A stretch of 64,000 bases of DNA, taken from Phallusia mammillata. Taxonomy: Eukaryota. This document shows positions 1 through 15,130 of the stretch, piece after piece. The position numbers were made by a program, and so were the translations under genes. Positions within the stretch are counted from its first letter, which is position 1. The number at the start of each line of letters is the position of its first letter. The stretch is taken from contig OZ281501.1 in assembly GCA_965637545.1 (NCBI GenBank), forward strand, positions 1,054,001 to 1,118,000, written 5' to 3'. The notes below the pieces were generated by a model, which did not search any database, was not told the DNA's origin, and saw nothing but the letters and a program-made list of their open reading frames with translations.

Positions 1-355
1 GCAGCTTAAATATGGCCCTATGAGCTAAAAGGGGCATAAAATCAGCAAAAAACACACTTGTGAATGGGAGCGGTGCGTGACCGCCACAATACACCAAGCG
101 TGATCGACCAGAACAAATGCAGTTTTAGCTCTTCACTGGTACAAGTTGAAAGGAATGTGTACTGTCTGCAGTTAGTGGTATCATGTTGAGTTAACCCTTA
201 GCATTTTTATATTTTAAACGCTAAAACATCAATTATCGCATTGACATTGTACGTGGAATAATATCGTTTTGATTGTTGTTTGTTTTAAGAGGGGCATTTA
301 TGAATTATGTAGACACAATAGGGGCGGTACAGGAGAAAATGGTTGAGAAACACTG
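1..355. mobile_element. Right end of a probable hAT-type element cut by the window edge
   Basis: Terminal GGTTGAGAAACACTG (341-355), same TIR class as 6266-6646; left end not visible. Confidence 0.45.
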
Positions 356-1467
356 ATTTATAGCTTTTAATGTTCTCATTTGAAGTGTGAAATTTGTTAC
401 TTTTGTAGCAGACAGCTGGTTTATTCACTTCTAGTTACAATGCACTTTTGTACTTTTTATTGCGGAACTCTTTGAAAGAAACGTTTGTATATTTGTCTAA
501 CACACACTATTCTGCGACTGCTTGGCTGAGGTACAAAGTTTACACCTCCCTTGTAAATCATTGACCGACTTACAACGAACAATGTAGACTGGCTTGACTC
601 GAAAGGAACCAGAGCGTAAAAAATGTTTACACCTCACATTTTGACGTTGTTTCTGTGCAACTACAACTAAAGAGTTTCCGTACCCGCTTCTAGTGGTTGG
701 CTACAGCCGCGTCTATACCATGTAACGAAAGTTAGAAAGAGGCAAAATTGAGGCAACAACAAGTGTTAAACAGATAAATGAAAATCAGCAATGCAAAAAA
801 AAACGTTACGTGCAGTGGCATTTAGTTCAAAAGGGCATTGGCTCTGAGCGGTAAAGGTTGGCGACCCTTGTCGTAGAGTTATGAACTTAGATCTACAGAG
901 TTTGCGAGGGTTCATAACAACAGCATCACGTGTGCTTTCTGCGTAGTTAAGGATCTGAATACATTGTGCTTAAGTCTGCAAAAGTTGATATAACTTGTGT
1001 CGTTTGTGGATGTCTGTGAAAAGCACTGACTGTGTTTGTTAATACGCTGACGATATTTTGTTTATATGTAACTGCACACTTAAGATGGATTAGATTCTGA
1101 CCAAAGTACATATAGCTTGGGACTTGGTAAAACAAGCTACACATGTCAGCATGTTATTGCGCTTGAGGCAGACTTGGTTCGTCGTTTTTAAAACCGCTGT
1201 TATGTGAATCTATGTATTGGCAGTTTTTGAACGAAGACGTAACAACCATGTAAAATGGCAGGACATATCTTTATGGCATAGTGAAGCGTATATCATTGGT
1301 TTTCCGTGTAGTTTGAAAGCGTTTTCCTGAACTGTTACATAACTTAGTCGCTATGTTGGTCTTATGCTTACGCCGAGATCCACTACTAACTTAATATCAG
1401 TAATATTTACAAAGTATTAATATTAAACGTGTTTCATTAGACGTTGCAGTAACAAAAGTATTGTAAA

Positions 1468-5003
<3,536 letters not shown>

Positions 5004-5618
5004 GTAGTCGCTAATTAGTAATTGCATTGACTTGGTACGATTTAAAACCAGCTTGTTTATTTCATTGCAGCAACATTAACAAACATGTTTTCATGTAACA
5101 AAACATCTTGGCCTTTACCCACACTGAAGAAAGGTATCAGTTTGAGTGATATTATTGCAGTTTGATTGATTCAAGACACCATTGGTGTGCTAAAATGTCA
5201 TTGATGTTATTGTGCATCACTTCTTCTTTAAAAATATCACTAGAATCTCCAAGCTTATGGCTTGGTGATGAAGACTATAATGAACCTTATGTCTATTGTT
5301 TTAAGTTGATGGAAAACAGTCAGTCATCTATGCGCAAGATTTTGAGATATGCATATTTCGCTTTTACAGCATCATCGGCATCTGCGGGCAAACATGAAAT
5401 ATCGGGTCGATGAAGCTGAAACTGTACATATCTTATTGTGCTGTTTAATGCCAATTCAAATGTGAATAAACTTGCTCAAAACAATTCCCCAACCAAGATC
5501 ATGTTACTTGGAAACTTGTCTGCAAAAAAACAAAAATATTGTATCACGGTAATTACCCAACAAATTTAGGTTTCACTCCCTGAATTGCATCCAAATATTT
5601 CTGGCGCAGACTCATTGC

Positions 5619-5863
5619 TGTTCCCGATCTCGAAGCAGGGAAATTTCCTAAAGCTTATAAAGATTCAGATCTCACACAGAAAAAAAAATCCATGAGTTTT
5701 TAAAAGGTTCATATCGCCTAAATTCGTTTTTCCACTTTACAAAAGTGTCAAAGTTCAAATACATGAGTGGCGGAATTACATTTGTTGATGCCATTCCTAA
5801 GTCTGCTAGTGAGGGGTTTTGAGGTGAAGAGTGAAGAAAACAAAATTTTCATCAAAATATTGA
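5619..5863 (+). pseudogene. Relic of exons 11-12 of a G3-type paralog
   Basis: Decayed PDLEAG..PKAY and [20 protein letters not shown] with deletions, ending tca tca aaa tat tga (SSKY*). Matches the reverse complement of the G3 3' end (12162-12460). Confidence 0.8.
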
Positions 5864-6265
5864 AGCCATCTTATTTATATTTTCGTAATTTTATGTACGG
5901 TTCGTGCAATCATTTTTTCCTGCTCTTGCGTTAGGTTTAATTTAAAAATCGAACCTTATTCAACGAAGTGCAGACGTTACAAATGACAGTTTGGAAAGGT
6001 TCTCACTTTTTTTCTCTTTTTGATAAGTCTGTCAAGTCTGAACGACTGTGTGATTTTAGAAGAATGGCTTTTATGGTCGTGGGGTCAGCGCTTGGCAATG
6101 GGGTGGTACAATTTGGATGGAATGTAACTCAGTTTTCCGTTAGAATATTGCTTCGCTAATCAATAGCTTTTCATTTTGGTTTCAGAAACTTTTAGGATTT
6201 TATTTGTGCAAAGTGCTGGCGGTTTGTAGAAATGAAAGCTATATTTTTGTTGAGGTGCTCTAGAG

Positions 6266-6646
6266 CAGTGCTCTTCAACCGGTGTGCACGGTGCACCCTA
6301 GAGTGCACCAAAATATGCATGGGGTGCACCAGTACGAAAAGGTATACAAGGGTGCATCACAAACTTTTAATGAACCATTAATATTTAAGTTTTAGGCTAT
6401 TAGAAAAAAGATGTAGGTTTCAACTGATGTATAAATGAACCTCTGTATTTTAAAATAATGTTAATGTCCAACACTTTTACGTCAAAAGACGTTTTGCGCA
6501 TGGTGCGGATTGACGTTAATTTATGTCAAAAGTTTTTGATCAAAAATGCGGGTGCCCGTTAATGTACGTCGAGACCAAACAGGGTGCATGAGTTCGTCAC
6601 AACAACTTTAAGGGTTCACCAAACCAAAAAAGGTTGAAGAACACTG
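6266..6646. mobile_element. hAT-type MITE (381 bp)
   Basis: TIR CAGTGCTCTTCAACC / GGTTGAAGAACACTG; perfect 8-bp TSD CTCTAGAG. Confidence 0.88.
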
Positions 6647-6719
6647 CTCTAGAGCACTTTGTCGGCAAGCGTGGACAAAATGACTTTTGTGCCAGACTTA
6701 ATGATAGCCTATACTTTAT

Positions 6720-7020
6720 TATTGACTTTCTAGTTAAATTACCCTTAGTGGTTCTCGTTCTCACTTGGTATTGTTATATTAGACTTAGCATTTTCTATTT
6801 GCGAAACACTGCGACTGCCTGGCTTCGGTACAAAGTTCAAAGTTTAAACCTCTGAACCACCCTGACCAATGATGACCTACCTACGGCAAACAATGTAGGT
6901 TGGCTTTATACGGTTTCATTAAGCGTTGCCGCTAGCTCGTAGTGAAGGAACTAGAGCGGAACAATGTTTGCACCACAAGTTTCGACCTTATTTCTGTGCA
7001 ATCCAACGTGGCAATAGAGC
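6720..7020 (+). promoter_or_regulatory. Conserved non-coding upstream block shared by G1 (about 405-670), G2 and the orphan exon 1 (11420-11735, inverted)
   Basis: Shared strings GGTACAAAGTT, ACAATGTAG(A/G)(C/T)TGGCT, GAAGGAAC(C/T)AGAGCG, TTTCTGTGCAA in all three copies. Confidence 0.5.
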
Positions 7021-8200
7021 TTGTACGCGTGGCAATATAGCTTGTAAGCGTTGTTGACATCGTTGTTATGTTAAGCAGGCTGTACCGCAACCGTTGCTGC
7101 TTAGTAGTGAATCTGTCCGCATATTAATCAACTGTCAAAGTCTCCGAAGATAATTCTTTATTGGTCGTTTGCGGATGTCTGTGGAATTTACATTCGCTCA
7201 TTTTTAATACACGGACGATTTGTTTGTTAATGTGTAAGTAGGTCACGATGAATTACATTCCGAGTAAGGAACACATAGCTTAGGGCTGGTAAAACACGTT
7301 ACACATGTCAGCATTTTGTCCTGCTTGTGGCAGATTTGATTGGTCGACGTTAAAACCGCTGTTACATATATCTTTATTGGCAGGTTTTACCGAAGAAATA
7401 ACAACCATTCAAAAACGCAGGCATTCTTAATTAATAATGAAGCGTATAGGTTATTGTTTTTTCGAGGTATTTTGACACGTTGTCAAAACCGTATTATTTA
7501 TTTTAGCCGCCATGTTATTTTTGGCGAACAGCAAGAAAGGTAACATTCATGAAATATTAACATTAAACGTGTTTCATTAGACGTTGCTGCAATAAAAGAG
7601 TTGCAAAATGCCACTTCGAAGTCCAAAGCCGGATTTGGTAATTCCTAACATCAGTTTTAGTGATTATGTGTTTTCGAATCTTGCTAGAAACGGGAATAAG
7701 GTTACCGTGGTAAGTCACTTTCATCTCAAGGTTATTAAGCCGTCTAAGCGGTAAACTATGAGCAAACTTTATTGGTTTAACAGTTGCTGTTTGACTTCAA
7801 TTTTGTTTCATGTGTATGGTCTAATTGGTGTTATGTCTTAACATTGGTGGGTTTAAGAAGCGTTTTTTAACTTGTCATATTCTTGATGTGGAATTCCTAT
7901 ATTTTTCTCAGATTGACAGTTCAAACAATGACAACCAGTACACGTCCCAGGAAGTACTTGAGAATGCCATGAAATGTGGGAGTGCATTTTACCGCATGGG
8001 GTTGAGGAAGGGTGATGTGGTGGCAACTTGCCTCACAAACTGTGCCGAATACGCTTTAATAGTGATGGGAGCGAATGAATGCGGTGGAATACTTACTACG
8101 TCAAATCCAAACTACACCAAAGGTTAGCTTAAAGCTTGTATCAATTTATTGTGAAGTTGATTGATTTTACCCAAATATGTGGCACCAAAAATGTTTCCGG

Positions 8201-8250
8201 GCTACACACAGTGCACACAGTTTCGATCTGTAAGGACTCATTAGTGTAGC
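8201..8250 (-). mobile_element. Decayed hammerhead of the same family (G2 intron 2)
   Basis: GCTACA CTAATGA GTC-cttaca-GATC GAAA CTGTG-tg-CACTG TG TGTAGC; perfect 6-bp P1, mutated core. Confidence 0.5.
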
Positions 8251-8989
8251 TGGTGACCAGATGTCGCGTATGTGCCACTGTAGCTACACATTTTCTAAAA
8301 TCAAAAACAGCAATGCAACTTATACATTGTAGCCTATAGCGTAACATGTATTATTTTTAGGTGAACTTTCCTTCCAGTACAAACATTCCGAACCCAAATC
8401 TGTTTTCTGCAATTCTGAGAACTACGTCAAAGTAAAAGAAGTTTGTGCGGAAATAAATTCGGTTAAGGTAAGTTACCATTATACTTTGTTTTATACTAGT
8501 AATAACAGAGTACACATTATGTCACTTTGGCAGGAAATATTTAACATGGAAGAACAACCAAATCGAAAAACATTTTCCCAATTTCTTGCAAAGGGAAATT
8601 TCAAAGGTTAGACATTATATTATACAAGTACTAATGTAGCTTTTGCTTTGGTTGAATAATTACATAAGATTCAACTTTGTTTATCAGACTTTCTTCTCGA
8701 CGTTTCTGTCGACCCGGATGATGTGGCTTTAATCCTCTACTCCAGCGGAACCACTGGGCTTCCTAAGGGCGTCATGCTCACTAACAGAAACCTGGTTTCA
8801 ATTTTTACCGAATGCGAGTGGGTTGACTCGGGAAAAAAAAGTATAAAATTTAATAAAAACAGCATAACAACCAGTTTTTTCGCACAATTTTATGTTTAGC
8901 TTATATAGACTCGTCAGAGCGTATTTCATTTGAAAGAGTCGATATCATTCGCATATAGGGTAGTAAATTACTTACTCCCACAGCGCTGA

Positions 8990-9060
8990 AGCATTTATCC
9001 AGCCCGAGACTCGTGTTGGCGGTTCGAATCCCACCACAGGCTAGTTTTTTTCTAGCCTAC
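8990..9060 (+). mobile_element. tRNA-derived SINE remnant (B box); related remnants at about 3065-3120, 4165-4190, 10240-10262 and 17345-17365
   Basis: GGTTCGAATCC at 9021-9031, followed by an AGGCTAG..CTAGCCT hairpin; no complete cloverleaf. Confidence 0.4.
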
Positions 9061-9397
9061 GCCTTGCCATATGGGAATGCTTGGTGACCGGCTGATTCGG
9101 TATATCGCCTTCAATAGACCTGTCGTGCTATAATTTGTGTTAAAGTTATGTTTCGTACTTAACTTGAAATAATAATTTACCTATCAGGGGCGCGTTCCGC
9201 CTTTCACGTCTTGACATCGTCTACCTGGTTCTTCCCATGTTCCACATCTTTGGGATTATGATGTCATTTCTGGTGATGTCATCAGGAGCTAAAGTTGTTC
9301 TAAAGAAACGTTTCGACTTCTTGCAAATGTTGCGAGACATTCAGAAATACAAGGTCTTTGTTTTCTTGCAACTTTTTTCATGCAACTTTTTCAAAAT

Positions 9398-9551
9398 CAG
9401 TTCATACTAGTTCGACTATTAAGGTCTCATCAGTGCAGCTGGTGACAAGAAACTGGCCGTATTGGGTAGTGTATGGACACTCTGCAACCGGCTGCACTAA
9501 TGGGACCTTAGGGTTAATTGGTCAAAACAAAGGGTTAATTCTGTCTGCAGC
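9398..9551. mobile_element. Decayed back-to-back double-hammerhead element (G2 intron 6)
   Basis: Minus arm: GCTGCA CTGATGA GAC-cttaata-GTC GAA CTAG TA TG. Plus arm: GCTGCA CTAATGG GACC...GGTC AAAA CA..CTG TC TGCAGC. Orthologous copy at 3367-3506. Confidence 0.55.
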
Positions 9552-11141
9552 TTGCATGTAATGTAAAAGATCGATACTGGTATATTTCCTAGTAACTGCA
9601 ATGTTGTTATATTTTGAAGAATAGATCACCACTTTTCCTGCAGTCCCACCCATTATAGTAGGAATGGACCAACTGCCATCAAATCATGGTTTCGATATTT
9701 CATCTTTAAGAGAACTTTGCTCTGGTGCTGCTCCGTTAGCTGAAAGTGTGGCGTTGTCTGTGTCCAAGAAATTTAACGTCAACATTACGCAAGGTAACTT
9801 TAACCATACGTTGCTCACTTCAACCAAGAAGTATATTCGCAAAGTCATGTCTATCAATTTGCAATGGCATGAAACACTAACATCAAAGAGAAACCACATG
9901 ACTTATTCTTTGTTTTTCGCATTTAAGATCATTGGGATGTTGTTGTTTTTTCACCGCCAAGTTGTATGAACTTCTTGTTAGATTAACTGTAGCGTTAATA
10001 TGTATCTGAAAATTATTGTCTGTTGTTGTATAGTTTGGGGTTTGACTGAGGGAACACCTGGAACTCGACACATGGACATTTATACTCCTTTACTGTCAAT
10101 TGGAAGTGTCGCACCAAACACTTTGTTGAAGGTAAATTGTTATGTGGTTGACTATACGGTGTTGCTTTGTTCTGAGTCCCAATTACTTAACAATTTTACA
10201 CAACCCATGCCGGCGCATTTCTTCCCTTTAAGCCACCGGTTGTCGGTTCGAATCTCACTTAAGACTTTATCATCAGTGATGGATAAATAAACCTGTTGCA
10301 TTTCTTTGCGTTGTCATACTATTGATCCAGATAGCGGAAGGGAACTGGGTCCCAATGAAGACGGTGAAATTTGCATTAAAGGCCCACAGGTAAACTGCAC
10401 ATAATCTCGTAACCGTCAACACATTGCAAGTTGCTTCATTTATGTTGTAGTTGATGAAAGGTTATTACAAGAACCCTGAAGCAACAGCAAAGACGATTGA
10501 CAATGAAAGCTGGTTACATACATGAGATATCGGACATTACGATGATAACGAGTTTATCTACATCGTTGATCGACTGAAAGAGCTGATAAAGTACAAAGGA
10601 TTTCAAGTGAGTTTTATGAAAATACACGTGTGTTGAAACAGATCACCTAAAACCTTCGAATTCTCACTAGGTGGCACCAGCTGAATTGGAAGACGTATTG
10701 TTACGTCATCCAAAGATTACTGACGTAGGAGTTATCGGTATTCCCGATCCTAAAGCAGGGGAATTACCCAAAGCTTATGTTGTCAGAAAAGACCCAACTC
10801 TCACAGAGAAAGAAATCCCCGAATTTATCAAAAGTAACAGAATATCGTATCATTTTTCAGTATCTGAAAAACACGTTTTATTCTCTTTCAGACAAAGTTA
10901 CAAAATTTAAGTATCTTCGTGGGGGAATCACCTTTATTGACGTCATACCCAAGTCTCCCAGCGGAAAAATTTTGCGTCGCGTTCTAAAAGATATGGAAAA
11001 GAAAAAAATCGAAATATTGAGCAGTTTTTAATTAATAAATACAATAACTTGGTACGATTTCAAACCAGCTTATTAATTTTATTGCAGGAACAAATAATGC
11101 TTAGAAGATTGAAGTAAAGTCTTGATATGGACGTAACTTAC

Positions 11142-11236
11142 CATGGTAACCTTATTCCCCCTTCTAGCGAGACTCGAAAACATATAATCACTGAAACTGA
11201 TGTTAGGAATTGCCAAATCCGGCATTGGACTTCGAA
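11142..11236 (-). pseudogene. Orphan exon 1 of a lost paralog
   Basis: Encodes RSPMPDLAIPNISFSDYMFSSLARRGNKVTM followed by a GTAAGT donor. The original ATG-CCx-CTT start is missing, and no exon 2 follows before the G2 3' flank. Confidence 0.82.
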
Positions 11237-12161
11237 AAAAATAAAATGTAAACTTCACAGACATCCGCTCACGGCCCAAGTAGAATTAATCTTCAGAAAC
11301 TTGTCGATTTCACTTTAACAGTTAAGTAATATGCAGACAGATCCATACACAAAAAGCAATCATATGTGGTACAGCCTATACTTAACATTACAATGCCTTC
11401 AACAACCTTAGCAAACTCTGTCTATTGTTACGTTGGGTTGCACAGAAATAAGGTCGAAACTTGTGGTGCAAACATATTTTCGCTCTAGTTCCGTCACTAC
11501 GAGTTAGCGACAACGCTCAAATAAACCGTATAAAGCCAGCCTACATTGTTTGTCGTAGGTAGGTCAGTGATTGACCAGGGCAGTTTAAATTTGTACCTGA
11601 ACCAAGCAGACAAGCAGTCCTAGTGTTAGGCAAATTTACAAACGTTTCTGTCAAAGTTCCGCAATATAAAATACCTAATATAAATGTCTAATATAACAAT
11701 GCTGAGTGAGAACGAAAGTCAATAATATAGTATATGCTACCGTCCAGTTTGGCTCAAAATTAATCATTCGAACGATTGTCAACAAAGAGCTTTAGAAGGC
11801 TTACACAAAAAAACGCCTGTACTTTGCACGAATTAAATCCAGCTTCCGAAACAAAAATGAAAAGCTATTAATTAACGAAGCAATTCTAACTTCACAACTT
11901 TACATTTGATCCAACTTGTACCACGTCATTGCTAAGCACCGACCACAGCCATAAAGCCATTCTACTGAAAGCACACAGTCGTGCAGATTTGACACTCTTA
12001 TTAGAAAAAAATAGTCTTTGGAAATAGTAATTGAAGTCGTCTCGTTGGATGGGGTTAGACTTTTTGAAGTTACACCTAAGTACCTTACGGAAAGAGCAGG
12101 AAAAATAAAAAATATTACACGATACGTAAATAAAGTTAAGAACATATGAATTGAGATTGAT

Positions 12162-15130
12162 TCAGTATTTTGATGAAATTTTTGTTTCCTCCACTCGACG
12201 CCTCAAAACCCTGCGCAGAATTTTACCACTCGCTGACTTTGGAATGGCATCAACAAAGGTAATTCCGCCGCTGAGATATTTAAACTTCGACACCTTATCT
12301 GTTAAATGACAAAGCACTTTTGAACATGACCAAGCATTTGAAAGCGGAAAAAAATAATGCGATTTAAACCTTTCAAAAACTCATGAATTTCTTTTCCTGT
12401 GAGATCTGGATCTTTTCTCACAACAAAAGCTTTGGGTAATTCCCCTGCTTTGGGATCGGGAACACCGATGACAACTACGTCAACAATCTTGGGATGACGT
12501 AACAATACGTCTTCCAGTTCAGCTGGTGCCACCTAGTGAGAATTCAAAGGTTTTAGGTGATCTGTATCAACACACGTGTATTTTCATGAAACTAACTTGA
12601 AATCCTTTGTACTTTATCAGCTCTTTCAGTCGATCAACGATATAGATAAACTCGTTATCATCGTAATGTCCGATATCTCCCGTATGTAACCAGCCTTCAC
12701 TGTCAATCGTCTTGGCTGTCGCTTCAGGGTTCTTGTAATAACCTTTCATAACCTACAACGTATAGAAACACCTTGAAATGTTTTAGCTGTTAAAAGGTTG
12801 TGTGCAGTTTACCTGTGGGCCTTTAATGCAAATTTCACCGTCTTTATTAGGACCCAGTTCCCTTCCACTGTTTGTATCAATAATCTGTCAATATGCAGAG
12901 AAGCAAAAGGTATTTATCTTACATTACTGTGTACTGGTTCTGCCAAAGGCATTCACATCTAACCATTAACTAATGTAGGATGTAGAATGAAAGATTGGCT
13001 TTCTAACCCACGGCTGGAGGCTTAAGGGATAGAAATGCGCTATGCACAGATTGAGTGACTGTATACAGTATTTTGTGCAAATCAGGTTCAGAACAAAGCA
13101 ACAACAGTGAACACTTTACCTTCAACAAAGTGTTAGGTGAGGGGTTTCCAATTGAAAGTACAGGAGTGCAATCATCCAAGTGATGAGCAGCAGGGACTCC
13201 CTCAGTCATACCCCAACCTAGATAACAGCAAACTGTGAACTGATATAAGGATTTGCCAATGCCCAACCAAATCCCTTTGTAATCTTGTTGCATTTCTACT
13301 GGTAATAAAAGCCTACAAAGGCCTTAAAAAACAACTAGCTGCTGAAGAACATGACGCCTACTTGGATTAAACAACTGTTTTGAATTACCGTTTTTAATAC
13401 TGACGTTAAGTTTCTTGGACACAGACAGTGCCACGCTTTCAGGCAATGGGGCAGCACCGGTGTCAAGTTCACGTAATGAAGAAATATCGAAGCCATGATT
13501 TGATAGAAGTTGGTCCATTCCTACTATAATAGGTGGGACGGCAATCAAACGAGTGATCTGTGCACATAAATGTATGGGTTAGTGTTTGGTTATGAATTTT
13601 CGCAAATACACTTGCTTAAAGCAACAATACGAATGACTTTTGGTGCTTATTATTATTTTTTAAGTATGGTGGTATTTTGGTTTGTAAAATACATCACCTA
13701 ACGTTTTTACATGTGGCTTATGTGCAGCTTAATTTGGCTGCATTTGTTTGCTAAATTAATGACTTTGATATCATAGTTTGATGAGCCTAAAAACACAACC
13801 TTTATTTTTTGAGTTATAGTAGTTATTTTACCTTGTATTTCTGAATATCTCCCATCATTTGCATCAAGTCGTAACGTTTCTTAAGAACAACTTTGCTTCC
13901 TTTTGACATAACCAGGAGCGACATTATGGTTCCGTAAACATGAAACATGGGAAGAACCAGGTAGATTGCGTCGATGCGAGACCAGCGCATTGATGCACTG
14001 CAATGTTGGAAAGAAAACTTAATTTTAAGATTTTGCGTTGACATAAAGTTGGCTCTGGACATGCGACTTGCCCAGTTGACATAGCTTACAGTGTTTTTTT
14101 TTTTTTTTTTGCTCGATTTTTGTACTTACTCGCCAATGGTCAAACTTGCAACCAAGTTTCTGTGTGTAAGCATGACGCCCTTAGGAATCCCAGTGGTTCC
14201 ACTGGAGTAGAGGATTAAAGCCACATCTTCCGGGTCGACAGAAACATCGAAAGGAAAGTCTGCAAACAAAATAGATCTTGTATATTTTACCAATTAATGC
14301 AAGAACTTGTGATGTAATGTCAAACCTTTAGAATTTCCATGAGCGAGAAATTGAGAGAATGTTTTTTTGTTGGGTTCGTCTTCCATGTTAAATATTTCCT
14401 GCCAAATATACGTGTAATGTGCAGATTTTTTAGGAATATAATATTGCATACTATTAACTTACTTTAACAGAGTCAAGCTGTGTACAAACTTCTTGAACTT
14501 TAAGGTAGTTCGCCAAATTGCAGAAAACAAATTTGGGTTCGGTTTGTTTGAACTGGAAGGAAAGTTCATCTGAAAACAACAGCAGTTTGTGTTATAGTTC
14601 CAGCGATCTTCCTTTTAGTATTTACTCCGACTAAAGCATACAGCCTACTTTTGGTATTGTTTGGATTTGACGTAGTAAGTATTCCACCGCATGCATTCAC
14701 TCCCATCACTATGAAAGTGTATTCGGCACAGTTTGTGAGACAAGTTGCCACCACATCACCCTTCCTCAACCCCATGCGGTAAAATGCGCTCCCACATTTC
14801 ATGGCATTCTCACGTACTTCTTGAAACGTGTACTGGTTGTCATTGTTTGAACTGTCAATCTGAGAGAAATAATAAATATGAAATAAGATACGTTGGCAAA
14901 ACCTTCGCAAAACAACGTTGCCCAAGTTCGATACCGTTAGAAGTTTAGGTTGCTTTAAAGTAAACAACCACCATCAAGCAAGATGTTCGGATCTCGTATG
15001 GTTTATTTCGAAAAAAGAAGTTACTTACCATAGTAACCTTGTTCCCTCTTGTAGCTAGTTTTGAAAACATATAATCACTAAAATTGACATCAGGAATTAC
15101 CAAATCCGGCATTGGACTCCAGAGAGGCAT
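12162..15130 (-). CDS. G3: luciferase/4CL-like acyl-CoA synthetase, 12 exons, 527 aa, intact, ends ISSKY
   Basis: Exons 15029-15130,14649-14859,14463-14569,14326-14398,14130-14259,13832-13997,13389-13557,13120-13217,12813-12884,12597-12752,12370-12532,12162-12298. Sum 1584 nt, in frame, all ANL core motifs present. Confidence 0.92.

Larger units (their letters stand above)
7608..11031 (+). pseudogene. G2: luciferase/4CL-like pseudogene, closest to G1
   Basis: Exons 7608-7709,7912-8122,8361-8467,8534-8606,8688-8817,9188-9353,9625-9793,10034-10131,10318-10389,10451-10606,10671-10833,10892-11031. Exon-9 acceptor CAG>CAT (10315-10317); nonsense GGA>TGA in HTGD at 10523-10525; +1 A in the terminal A-run replaces SKY with IEILSSF. 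Confidence 0.88.

Noticed and set aside
5162-5413. Short six-frame ORFs in spacers and antisense to exons (e.g. 5162, 6634, 19109, 29997, 40624, 62197-63926)
   Set aside because: No motifs, splice support or coding-like composition; many are shadows of real exons or repeats.
8875-8920. CTGACGAGTC...GCGAAA hammerhead candidate
   Set aside because: P2 does not pair beyond 1-2 bp and there is no P1 or P3.
8990-9045. tRNA gene
   Set aside because: B box only; no acceptor stem or anticodon arm. Treated as a SINE remnant.
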